DNA from: an uncultured Prochlorococcus sp.
GTDB taxonomy: Bacteria > Cyanobacteriota > Cyanobacteriia > PCC-6307 > Cyanobiaceae
Length of the DNA: 64,000 bases
NCBI GenBank assembly: GCA_902589115.1
Contig: CACIRS010000002.1
Location: 8,186 to 72,185, forward strand
Direction of reading: 5' to 3'
The notes below the pieces were generated by a model. It was not told where the DNA came from. It did no database searches and saw nothing but the letters and a program-made list of their open reading frames with translations. Position 1 is the stretch's first letter, and every line of letters begins with the position of its first letter. Below are positions 19,977 to 28,942 of the stretch, piece after piece. A program made the translations under genes and the position numbers.

Positions 19977-21251
19977 TCATGAAATAATTTTCGACCACTC
20001 ATCGGCAAGTTTATTTAGTGTTTTTTCCGGCCCACATAGGCTTGCTAATGGTTGTTTTAATACCCTAATAGCAGCTGATCTTATGTCTTCTACATTTAAT
20101 TCATTAATAACATCAAGACAAACCTCGTCATGATTGTCAGGTAAAAGTAACCCACGAAGTTGGGCTTTGCGCTCTGATCTTTGAGCTGATGTCTGAGAAC
20201 CACGTGATAATTGTCCTCTAAATTTAGCTTTTGCAAGTTCTAATTCTTGATTAGTTAAAGATTTTTCGGTTAAACTTTTCCAGCATTCTATAAGCAGACT
20301 AAGTGTACGCATTGATTTTTCTTCAGTTGTAGAAGCATGTATAAGAAAAGGTGCTGCTAACCTTCTGATTGGATAATGAGTTCCAACATCATAAGCAACA
20401 CCATTCTCTTCTCTAAGTTTCCTAAATAAAAGGCTCGACATACCCGATCCTAAATGGCAACTTAGTATTCTTAGAGGTATATCATCTTCGTGACCATGAG
20501 GGATGCTAGGGACTCCTATAATTATAACAACTTGATTCGTTTCTTGATATTTAAGAATCAAATCTTTAGTCAATTTTAGTTCCTTTCTAAGGCTCAACTT
20601 TGGACCTTTATTTACACTGAGATTATCAAAATTTTCTACGTTGCCTTTAAGATTAATTAAAGACTCAACTTCGTCAAGAAGCTTCTCAATATTATTCGGC
20701 AAATCTCCAGATAATGAGAAAATTGGTGAGCTATATCTTAAATTTTTTGCTAAAGTTAAAATGTCATTGCGCATAATATTTTTTAGATCATCTTCTATTC
20801 CTAGTGGGTCATGGCTATATGGACCATTTTTGTAGGCTAAGTCTCGCCATGAATCAAAAGCCAAATAAAAGGGACTTTCATTTTGTCTACGAAGAGCCTG
20901 AATTGTTAAATCTCTTTCTAGTTCTAATTGCTTTGCTTCAATATGTGCATCAGCAATCATTGATCCAAGAATGGGAATAAGTTGCTTTAGGTCTGAATTG
21001 ACACATTTTAAACTTATTAAAAGGCTATCTTCAGATGCATCACATCTAAGACCAGCACCACAACCTTCTACAAGATCTGCTAGCCCGATATTTGTATAAG
21101 GACCGCATCCTCGAGTCAATAGAGCTGCTAGTAATTGGTGCGCTCCTTTTTGTCCTATAGGATCATAACTGCTTCCTCCGTTAATCCAGACATTTATTGC
21201 AACGATTCTAGGAACTCTTATTTTGTCGAAGCAAATATTTATGGCCTTCAT
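19977..21251 (-). CDS. M16-family peptidase, non-catalytic-type subunit
   Basis: 424 aa with the insulinase fold, but the zinc motif position reads HQLLA instead of HxxEH. Confidence 0.8.
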   Translation of the reverse strand: MKAINICFDKIRVPRIVAINVWINGGSSYDPIGQKGAHQLLAALLTRGCGPYTNIGLADLVEGCGAGLRCDASEDSLLISLKCVNSDLKQLIPILGSMIADAHIEAKQLELERDLTIQALRRQNESPFYLAFDSWRDLAYKNGPYSHDPLGIEDDLKNIMRNDILTLAKNLRYSSPIFSLSGDLPNNIEKLLDEVESLINLKGNVENFDNLSVNKGPKLSLRKELKLTKDLILKYQETNQVVIIIGVPSIPHGHEDDIPLRILSCHLGSGMSSLLFRKLREENGVAYDVGTHYPIRRLAAPFLIHASTTEEKSMRTLSLLIECWKSLTEKSLTNQELELAKAKFRGQLSRGSQTSAQRSERKAQLRGLLLPDNHDEVCLDVINELNVEDIRSAAIRVLKQPLASLCGPEKTLNKLADEWSKIIS

Positions 21252-22534
21252 TTTTTATTATTTGGACTTGCTATTAATGTAAAAGAATTTTCAACTTGCA
21301 TAACGGTTAAAATATCTTCTATGATTTTTTCTTTAGTCCAATAGTTTATTAGATTTAGGGGCTCTAGTAATGGTTGTGAACGCCTCCATAACGCTTGCGA
21401 TCCAGAAATATGTGCTACTTGAGAAGGTGCTTCTAGACTAAAGTATAGCCCATTGATTACTAGTTGCCTGGCCCTATTAAACTCTTGATCACCTATACCT
21501 GAATTAGTACTATGACAAAGTAGTTCTTTGATTGCTTGTTCTACTTTATTTATGTTTTCTTCTAAGCAATATGCCTCCAGTATGATTAAGCTTCCTTGTT
21601 CAAGAATTGTCAAGTCCATATCAACATGTTCAACTATCTGTAATTCTTCCCTAAGTTTTTGAACCAAACGACTTCTTCTGCCTTCAGCTAATATAGATGT
21701 AGCTAGATCTGCACCCATAATAGTTAATTGATCTTGGGCTGAAGGTAATTCCCAAGCCATCAATATTCGTGATGTTTCTAATCTTGGGATTCTAATATGT
21801 TGATGTCCTTTATTGAATTTAAGTCTATGAATATCTACTAGTTCTTCTGATCTGCTTGATTCCATAAAAGATGATAGTTTACTTTTGTATAATGATTCTT
21901 CAATGTTATTAGGTATACATCCTGCAATTGATAAACAGAAATTTTTAGGATTATATATACGTTTATGAAATGCATTCATAGATTTAGAATTACTATTCTT
22001 AAGACTTGACTCTAATCCTAATATTGATCTTCCATAAGAATGATTTGGCCAACAACTAGTTAATAGAGTTTGGAAAACATTCTCATCTGGTTGGTCTTTG
22101 TATTGTGCAATTTCTTCTAAAACGACTTCCCTTTCCATGTCATAGTCTTTTGGATGCAAGGCTGGCTCTAATACAAGACTGCTCAAAAGCTCTAGTGCAT
22201 TGTTAAGTTCATTTGGGGGAACTAGGACGTAAAAATGAACATCATCAAAACCCGTAGCAGCGTTGCTGCTACCACCTAATGCTTCTATCCCTAGATCAAA
22301 TTCTCCAGCGGCCAAGTGAGCACTCCCCTTGAAAACCATATGTTCTAGAAAATGGGCTAACCCTTCTTCTCCCTTTGCCTCAAAGGAACTCCCAGCTTTA
22401 ACCCAAATATCAAGGCAGCTCAAAGGAGCATCCTCCATTGGTGCTATTACGCAAGGGATGCCATTCTTAAGGGTGAAGTTATGAAGGGTTGGCCCTTGCT
22501 TAGTCCTCTTCAGATGTGATTCCCAAAGTTCCAT
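21248..22534 (-). CDS. M16-family zinc peptidase, catalytic-type subunit
   Basis: 428 aa with an intact HFLEH...MVFKGS inverted zinc motif. ATGA overlap with the downstream M16 paralog. Confidence 0.85.
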   Translation of the reverse strand: MELWESHLKRTKQGPTLHNFTLKNGIPCVIAPMEDAPLSCLDIWVKAGSSFEAKGEEGLAHFLEHMVFKGSAHLAAGEFDLGIEALGGSSNAATGFDDVHFYVLVPPNELNNALELLSSLVLEPALHPKDYDMEREVVLEEIAQYKDQPDENVFQTLLTSCWPNHSYGRSILGLESSLKNSNSKSMNAFHKRIYNPKNFCLSIAGCIPNNIEESLYKSKLSSFMESSRSEELVDIHRLKFNKGHQHIRIPRLETSRILMAWELPSAQDQLTIMGADLATSILAEGRRSRLVQKLREELQIVEHVDMDLTILEQGSLIILEAYCLEENINKVEQAIKELLCHSTNSGIGDQEFNRARQLVINGLYFSLEAPSQVAHISGSQALWRRSQPLLEPLNLINYWTKEKIIEDILTVMQVENSFTLIASPNNKK

Positions 22535-22552
22535 TCTGTCTCTTTATGCATC

Positions 22553-23293
22553 GTGCGTCTTTCTTCTCTGAAAACTAATCAAGAGTTTCATCCTTTTCTG
22601 GATTCAATGGTCTCTTTGATTCGTCTTCGTAGATCAGAGCTCATTGGGTTGACTCCATTGTTAGAGAAGCCAGCTTTGATGGAAATAACCGGATCTTTTG
22701 ATGGGGAACCGGTTTTTATAAATAATGAACTTCATACTGCTAATGGTTTTAGGAAGATCCATTTGGAAATAGCTCATATTGGAAATGGGTTGCAAATTCT
22801 CCATTGTGTCTTTTATCCAGAGCCGGTTTTTGATCTACCAATATTTGGAACTGACATTGTCTCGCGTCCTGGAGGAATATCGGCAGCAATAGTTGACCTG
22901 TCTCCCGTTATAGGGAATTTGACTGCGCCTTTCTTAAATGATCTTTCAAAATTAACTATCCCAAATTTTCAAAGCGTAAGGCCCTTGCCTAAATGGGGGT
23001 CGATATTTTCTCCGTATGTTCAATTTATCCGACCTACAGATGCACATGAAGAGAAATGCTTTCTTGGTCTTGTCAATGCCTATCTAACAGTTCTGATAAC
23101 CAATTTAAAACTTGAGCGGTCTGATCCTTTAGATTCTGAGATTGCTGTTAAAAGAGCTAAAGGTCAATCATTCTATTGCAATCAACAAAAGCTCAATGAT
23201 AAAACTAGAAATGTACTAGCAAAGGCCTTCAATCCTCAATGGGCAGATGCTTACATTAACGATTTTCTTTTCGAAAGCCCATGGAATTTCTAA
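22553..23293 (+). CDS. pcyA: phycocyanobilin:ferredoxin oxidoreductase
   Basis: 246 aa with GTG start. FRKIHLEIAHIGNGLQILHCVFYPEPVFDLPIFGTDIV...GISAAIVDLSP closely parallels the PcyA core. Confidence 0.85.
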   Translation: MRLSSLKTNQEFHPFLDSMVSLIRLRRSELIGLTPLLEKPALMEITGSFDGEPVFINNELHTANGFRKIHLEIAHIGNGLQILHCVFYPEPVFDLPIFGTDIVSRPGGISAAIVDLSPVIGNLTAPFLNDLSKLTIPNFQSVRPLPKWGSIFSPYVQFIRPTDAHEEKCFLGLVNAYLTVLITNLKLERSDPLDSEIAVKRAKGQSFYCNQQKLNDKTRNVLAKAFNPQWADAYINDFLFESPWNF

Positions 23294-24192
23294 ATAAAAA
23301 TAATAATATATTTTTTACATTTTTAGGATTTACTACCTTATTTATATTAGGAGGTTGTATTCAAAATAAACCTGCAAGTATAAGTTTAGAAGACTCTGAA
23401 TTAGCTGTTCCCGTTATCAACTCAGTTGCAGCTTTAGGCCAACTTTCTCCATATGGAGAAATAAGAAGACTTGCTCCTCCTGTAAGTGGATTTGGTGGTA
23501 CTCCTCGAATCTTAAAGCTTTTAGTTGATGTAGGAGAAGATGTGAAACAAGGACAAATATTAGCGGTTTTTGATAATCAACCAAAGATAATTGCAGATAT
23601 TTTAGCTCTAGAAGCAAAGATTGAGACTCTTGAAGCAAAAATAGCTATTCAAAAGAGGGAAATTCTTAGATACCAAATCGCGGCTGATGAGGGAGCTACA
23701 ACTTTAATTTTGTTAGATGATGAAAAAAATCAATTAGTTAAATTAAACGGACAGAAGAAAGAATCTTTGGCTGAAATGATAGGTCTTAAGGCTGATTTCT
23801 CTGATAGTGAATTAAAATCACCTATCGATGGAATGGTGCTAAGAATCAATTTTAGAGAAGGAGAAAGACCTGATATTGATGGAGTTATAGAAGTGGGAGC
23901 CAATCAAACAATGGAGGCATTGATAGAGGTTTATGAGTCTGATATATCCAGAATTCAACTAGGTCAAGCGGTAACTTTAATTAGCGAAAATGGTGGTTTT
24001 AATGGCTCTATAAATGGCGTTGTTAAGACCATTAGCCCTCAAATTAGACAAAGAAAGGTTCTCTCAACTGATCCAACAGGTGATGCTGATGCACGGATAG
24101 TAGAGGTAAGAGTAAGTATTGATCCAGAATTCTATAGTCTCGTAAAGAATTTTACTGGCATGAAAGTTATAGCTCGTTTTAATTTGCCATGA
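23281..24192 (+). CDS. devB: DevB/HlyD-family membrane fusion protein (lipobox LGGC)
   Basis: 303 aa. Signal/lipobox FILGGC, coiled-coil hairpin (EAKIETLEAKIAIQKREILRYQ) and a beta-barrel C-terminus. Overlaps pcyA by 13 nt. Confidence 0.8.
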   Translation: MEFLNKNNNIFFTFLGFTTLFILGGCIQNKPASISLEDSELAVPVINSVAALGQLSPYGEIRRLAPPVSGFGGTPRILKLLVDVGEDVKQGQILAVFDNQPKIIADILALEAKIETLEAKIAIQKREILRYQIAADEGATTLILLDDEKNQLVKLNGQKKESLAEMIGLKADFSDSELKSPIDGMVLRINFREGERPDIDGVIEVGANQTMEALIEVYESDISRIQLGQAVTLISENGGFNGSINGVVKTISPQIRQRKVLSTDPTGDADARIVEVRVSIDPEFYSLVKNFTGMKVIARFNLP

Positions 24193-25361
24193 GATCTTAT
24201 TTCTGGCAAAAAAGGCGTATTCCTTTGGCATGGCTTTTATTAAGCAGACAGCCTTTAAGATTATTTGTTGCTTTGGCAGGAATATGTTTTGCCGGAATAC
24301 TTATGTTTATGCAATTAGGCTTTCGAGATGGGCTTTTTGATGCAAGTGTAACTGTTCATAGGAAACTTGATGCTGATTTAGTACTAATTAGTCCTCGATC
24401 AATGAGTTCTATAAGCATGACTGGATTTCCTAGAAGAAGACTTATACAAGCAATGGCCCATGAAGATGTTGTTGGAATTTCACCAGTTAATTGGAATTTT
24501 CTTATATGGAGAAACCCTGAAACATTATCCACAAGAGCGATATTAACTTTAGGTTTTGAACCAAATGATCTTTTATTAAAGGATCCAGATTTTACCTCTA
24601 AGTCAAAAACTCTTACAAATTTTGGACGAGTTTTGTTTGACGAGTTGTCGAGAAATGAGTTTGGACCAATTAAGGAATGGTTTAAGGAAGGTAAAGTTGT
24701 TGAAACTGAATTGTCGGGTAAAAGGGTTAGAGTTTCTGGTTTAATTAGCTTGGGACCCAACTTTGGTGCAGATGGAAATTTGCTTACTAGTAGAGAAACA
24801 TATTTGGACTTAATTCCCAATACTTCTCCAGGAAGTATTGAACTTGGTTTGATTCGATTAAGACCTGACTCTAATAAGGGTATGGTTGCCAAGTCTTTAA
24901 CTGCAAGTCTACCTTTGGATGTTAAAGTTTTAACTAAGGAAGGTTTTATAGAATTTGAAAAGAATTATTGGCGATCTAGTACATCTATTGGCTTTATTTT
25001 TACACTTGGTGCCGCATTAGGTTTTGTAGTAGGTAGTGTAATTGTTTATCAGATTTTATATAGTGATGTTTCAGATCATTTGCCTGAATACGCAACTTTA
25101 ATGGCAATGGGATATAGATTGGAAACTTTACTTGGTGTTGTTTGTAGAGAAGGATTCCTTCTTGCTATTATGGGATATTTACCCGCTTATATATCTGGTC
25201 AACTTCTTTATTTACTCGTTAGAAACTCCACAAAATTACCTATTTATATGGACACTCAGAAGTCACTATTGATATTTTTTCTGATACTTTTTATGTGTAT
25301 GGCTTCTGCATTATTTGCTATGCGACGTTTAATTGATGCTGATCCTGCAGAGATATTTTAA
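24189..25361 (+). CDS. devC: DevC-family ABC exporter permease (FtsX-like)
   Basis: 390 aa. N-terminal TM, large periplasmic domain, three C-terminal TM helices. ATGA overlap with devB. Confidence 0.8.
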   Translation: MRSYFWQKRRIPLAWLLLSRQPLRLFVALAGICFAGILMFMQLGFRDGLFDASVTVHRKLDADLVLISPRSMSSISMTGFPRRRLIQAMAHEDVVGISPVNWNFLIWRNPETLSTRAILTLGFEPNDLLLKDPDFTSKSKTLTNFGRVLFDELSRNEFGPIKEWFKEGKVVETELSGKRVRVSGLISLGPNFGADGNLLTSRETYLDLIPNTSPGSIELGLIRLRPDSNKGMVAKSLTASLPLDVKVLTKEGFIEFEKNYWRSSTSIGFIFTLGAALGFVVGSVIVYQILYSDVSDHLPEYATLMAMGYRLETLLGVVCREGFLLAIMGYLPAYISGQLLYLLVRNSTKLPIYMDTQKSLLIFFLILFMCMASALFAMRRLIDADPAEIF

Positions 25362-26098
25362 TGACTAAATATATATCTTTAACTAATCAAGTCCAGTTAT
25401 CAACTCCTTCTGTTCAGGATTATGCAGTAAAGGTTAATGAACTTAGTCATTGGTTTGGAGAGGGATTAAATCGACGAAAGGTTCTTGACAGAATTTCAAT
25501 GGAAATCTCTTTGGGTGAGTTTGTTTTGCTCGCTGGCCCTTCTGGGTGTGGAAAGACAACTTTGTTAACTCTTATTGGAGCTCTAAGACGAATTGAAAAG
25601 GGTGATATAAGTATTTTTGGCTCTAAACTTCTTCATTCATCTCGACATACTCGGCAAAGATTAAGGCGTCAAATTGGAATGATATTTCAAGGTCATAATC
25701 TTTTGCGCTGTTTAACAGCGGAACAAAATGTTCAAATGGGTTCAGATTTACTGGAAGGTCTTTCTTATTCTGCTCGCAGAGATCAAGCTCGTTTTTGGCT
25801 TAGATCAGTAGGACTTGAAGATCATATGCATAAACTTCCGCATGATCTGTCAGGAGGTCAAAAGCAACGTGTTGCAATAGCAAGGGCCTTGGCCGCAAGG
25901 CCTAAACTTTTATTGGCTGATGAGCCAACTGCCGCACTTGATAGTGTTACTGGCAGAGAAATTGTAGATCTTTTAAAAGGACTAGCTAACGATCAATCTT
26001 GCGCTGTGCTTATGGTGACTCATGATCAAAGAATTTTGGATGTGGCAGATCGTCTCTTGTCGATGGAAGATGGGAAACTTTTGCCCTCTATTGGGTAA
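25361..26098 (+). CDS. devA: DevA-family ABC exporter ATP-binding protein
   Basis: Walker A GPSGCGKTT, signature LSGGQKQR, Walker B LLLADEPT. 1-nt overlap with devC. Confidence 0.85.
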   Translation: MTKYISLTNQVQLSTPSVQDYAVKVNELSHWFGEGLNRRKVLDRISMEISLGEFVLLAGPSGCGKTTLLTLIGALRRIEKGDISIFGSKLLHSSRHTRQRLRRQIGMIFQGHNLLRCLTAEQNVQMGSDLLEGLSYSARRDQARFWLRSVGLEDHMHKLPHDLSGGQKQRVAIARALAARPKLLLADEPTAALDSVTGREIVDLLKGLANDQSCAVLMVTHDQRILDVADRLLSMEDGKLLPSIG

Positions 26099-26132
26099 AT
26101 TGGGTAAACATCGATAACACAACATTCACGAC

Positions 26133-26288
26133 ATGGCTAAAAGAAGAAACCTAAAGAAGGAAAAGCAAGAGCGCAATCGTGCTTATGCAAGGAAATTTAA
26201 GAAACGGAAGCTTCGTAATGATGGGAGAGGAGAAGGAGCAGGTAATGGGGTTACCGGTACTGCCAATAATGGTGGGGCGGCAGATTGA
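26133..26288 (+). CDS. 51-aa highly basic micro-protein (below ORF-track cutoff)
   Basis: My own translation: MAKRRNLKKEKQERNRAYARKFKKRKLRNDGRGEGAGNGVTGTANNGGAAD. ATG start. The Lys/Arg-rich N-half and Gly/Asn-rich tail are non-random for AT-rich DNA. Confidence 0.45.
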   Translation: MAKRRNLKKEKQERNRAYARKFKKRKLRNDGRGEGAGNGVTGTANNGGAAD

Positions 26289-26402
26289 ATCCCATAAGCA
26301 AAAAATAAATTAGTAAAGATAAAATCCTAAGGTTTTAAAAGCGTCGTTTTTGTCTTATATAGGTTTTATAGGCTTTAATCACTTTTTAGCTTTGGAGTTT
26401 GA

Positions 26403-27335
26403 GTGTTTATCAGTATTGTCATACCGACATATAATCGTCGACCAATACTTGAAAAGTGCCTTTTGGCACTTGAAAAACAAGATCTTATACCCCAAATAAG
26501 TGGTTATGAGATTGTTGTGGTTGATGATGGTTCCAATGATGGGACACCCTTATGGCTTAAAAGCGAGACTATTAAGTTCCCTCATGTTCGTTTGGTGCAG
26601 CAAGATCATGGTGGTCCTGCAAAAGCTAGGAATACTGGTGTAGAGCAATCTCGAGGAGAGCTCATAGTTTTTATTGATAGCGACCTTGTCGTAACCAAAT
26701 CGTTTCTGACCTCTCATGTTACGACTCTTTTACATGCTTGGGAAACCAAAGGCGATAGGCTCTGTTTTACTTATGGCTCAGTTATAAATACTTCTAACTT
26801 TGATAATCCAACATCAGAACCATATAAATTAATGGATTTATCATGGGCCTATTTTGCGACCGGAAACGTCGCAATCGATAAGGAAGTACTTGAAAAATCA
26901 GGTCTATTTGACCCTTCCTTTTTTCTCTATGGATGGGAAGACTTAGAACTTGGCGAACGCCTAAGACAGATGAATGTTAGGTTAATCCGCTGCCCTAAGG
27001 CAGTAGGTTATCACTGGCATCCCCCTCTTTCTCTAGAAAAGATTCCCAGATTAATTAGTGTTGAAAAAGAAAGGGCAAAAATGGGTTTAGTTTTTTATAG
27101 AAAACACCCTTCGATGAGAGTTAGATTTATAATACAATACACTTTTCTTCATAAGATCCTTTGGGAAATCTTAACTCTACGGGGTTTGATTAATGAAAAA
27201 ACTTTGAAACCATTACTTTCTTTTTTGATTCAAAATGGTTATCCAGGAATAGCAATGGAGTTGCTCAGACTGCCTTTAAACCGAATTTCAGTAAATGAGA
27301 TGTATAAAGAAGCGGAAGTTTTTCAAATGAGATGA
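26403..27335 (+). CDS. family 2 glycosyltransferase
   Basis: GTG start. [20 protein letters not shown] and DSD (FIDSDL) are canonical GT-A/GT2 motifs. 310 aa. Confidence 0.85.
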   Translation: MFISIVIPTYNRRPILEKCLLALEKQDLIPQISGYEIVVVDDGSNDGTPLWLKSETIKFPHVRLVQQDHGGPAKARNTGVEQSRGELIVFIDSDLVVTKSFLTSHVTTLLHAWETKGDRLCFTYGSVINTSNFDNPTSEPYKLMDLSWAYFATGNVAIDKEVLEKSGLFDPSFFLYGWEDLELGERLRQMNVRLIRCPKAVGYHWHPPLSLEKIPRLISVEKERAKMGLVFYRKHPSMRVRFIIQYTFLHKILWEILTLRGLINEKTLKPLLSFLIQNGYPGIAMELLRLPLNRISVNEMYKEAEVFQMR

Positions 27336-27377
27336 TCTGCAGTTTGATAAATTTGGTAGGTCCTTAAATAAAACGCA

Positions 27378-27465
27378 CACCTGTCTGTTTCGGGTTATTC
27401 CTTTTAGGTCTTACTTCAACAGATCGAAAAAGTGTATACCTGACAGGTGGAGGCGAACCCGAAAC
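27378..27465 (+). promoter_or_regulatory. candidate structured rpsB-tsf leader (two interleaved helices)
   Basis: cacctgtc (27378-85) pairs with gacaggtg (27442-49). gtttcgggtt (27387-96) pairs with aacccgaaac (27456-65). GGAGG sits at 27449-53 and the ATG at 27472. Confidence 0.35.
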
Positions 27466-27471
27466 CTCAAC

Positions 27472-28191
27472 ATGGCTGTAGTTACTCTCTCCGAGATGAT
27501 GGAGGCTGGTGCCCACTTTGGTCATCAGACTCGTAGATGGAACCCAAAAATGTCGCGCTACATCTATTGCGCACGTAATGGAGTTCACATAATTGATTTG
27601 GTTAAAACTGCTTTATGCATGAACAGTGCATATAAGTGGACAAGATCAGCCGCTCGTAGTGGCAAAAGATTCCTTTTTGTAGGTACCAAGAAACAAGCTT
27701 CAGAAGTAGTTGCTTTAGAAGCAACTCGTTGTGGAGCCTCTTATGTAAATCAGAGATGGTTGGGAGGAATGTTGACCAATTGGACAACAATGAAGGCTCG
27801 AATTGACAGGCTTAAAGATCTCGAGCGTATGGAATCGAGTGGTGCTATTGCAATGCGTCCCAAAAAAGAGGCTGCAGTATTAAGGAGGGAACTTGAAAGA
27901 CTCCAGAAATATCTTGGCGGTTTAAAAGGGATGAGACGTTTGCCAGATGTAGTTGTTCTGGTCGATCAACGTAGAGAAACTAACGCTGTTTTGGAGGCTC
28001 GAAAGCTAGATATCCCTCTTGTTTCTATGTTAGATACCAATTGCGATCCAGATCTTTGTGAGGTCCCAATACCTTGCAACGATGACGCTGTTCGTTCGGT
28101 TCAATTAGTACTTGGTCGATTAGCTGATGCTATTAATGAAGGTAGACATGGATCTAATGATCAACGTGGAAAAGATTCCGGCAAAGGTTGA
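27472..28191 (+). CDS. rpsB: 30S ribosomal protein S2
   Basis: [27 protein letters not shown]... is a canonical S2 sequence. 239 aa. Confidence 0.95.
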   Translation: MAVVTLSEMMEAGAHFGHQTRRWNPKMSRYIYCARNGVHIIDLVKTALCMNSAYKWTRSAARSGKRFLFVGTKKQASEVVALEATRCGASYVNQRWLGGMLTNWTTMKARIDRLKDLERMESSGAIAMRPKKEAAVLRRELERLQKYLGGLKGMRRLPDVVVLVDQRRETNAVLEARKLDIPLVSMLDTNCDPDLCEVPIPCNDDAVRSVQLVLGRLADAINEGRHGSNDQRGKDSGKG

Positions 28192-28283
28192 ATTGAACTT
28201 TATTAGTTCTTCTTCCCTTATGAATTTTGCCTAATTTATCTAGGCATCATTTTCTTAATTTAAACCCAATTACTTTAATTCCT

Positions 28284-28940
28284 ATGGCAGCTATCTCAGC
28301 CAAACTTGTTAAAGATCTCCGTGACCAAACTGGTGCAGGAATGATGGACTGTAAAAAGGCTTTAGCAGATACAGGAGGAGATTTAACTAAGGCTGTTGAG
28401 TGGTTAAGACAAAAGGGTATAGCTAGCGCAGAGAAGAAATCAGGTCGGGTTGCTGCAGAGGGTGCAATTGGTAGTTATATCCATACAGGTTCAAGAGTAG
28501 GAGTTTTGTTAGAGCTCAATTGCGAAACAGATTTCGTTGCTAGAGGAGAACTTTTTCAAGGACTATTGAGAGATATAGCCATGCAGGTAGCAGCATGTCC
28601 AAATGTTGAATACGTCACAACTAATGAAATACCAACAGAAATTGTTGATAAAGAAAAAGTAATTGAAATGGGAAGAGAAGATTTGGAAGGTAAACCTGAG
28701 CAAATGAAGGCAAAAATAGTTGAAGGAAGAATTGGGAAAAGATTGAAAGAATTGGCTTTAATGGAGCAACCATTTATTCGCGATAGTTCCATTTCAGTTG
28801 AGGAACTTGTAAAGCAGATTTCCGGACAGATTGGAGAGAAGGTACAGGTAAGACGATTTACTCGATATACCCTTGGAGAAGGTATAGAGGTGGCAAAAGC
28901 TGATTTTGCTACAGAAGTTGCTTCAATGTCTGTAAGCTAG
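28284..28940 (+). CDS. tsf: translation elongation factor Ts
   Basis: [27 protein letters not shown] starts at ATG 28284. The ORF-track start at 28227 is an upstream non-ATG extension. Confidence 0.9.
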   Translation: MAAISAKLVKDLRDQTGAGMMDCKKALADTGGDLTKAVEWLRQKGIASAEKKSGRVAAEGAIGSYIHTGSRVGVLLELNCETDFVARGELFQGLLRDIAMQVAACPNVEYVTTNEIPTEIVDKEKVIEMGREDLEGKPEQMKAKIVEGRIGKRLKELALMEQPFIRDSSISVEELVKQISGQIGEKVQVRRFTRYTLGEGIEVAKADFATEVASMSVS

Positions 28941-28942
28941 TT

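Noticed and set aside
24356-24892. 178-aa ORF on the minus strand
   Set aside because: Antisense shadow ORF inside devC. No motif, and a Ser/Leu/Lys-biased composition.
27364-27588. 74-aa minus-strand ORF spanning the rpsB start
   Set aside because: It overlaps the certain rpsB CDS and its leader, with no recognisable features. The complementarities there are better explained as RNA structure.
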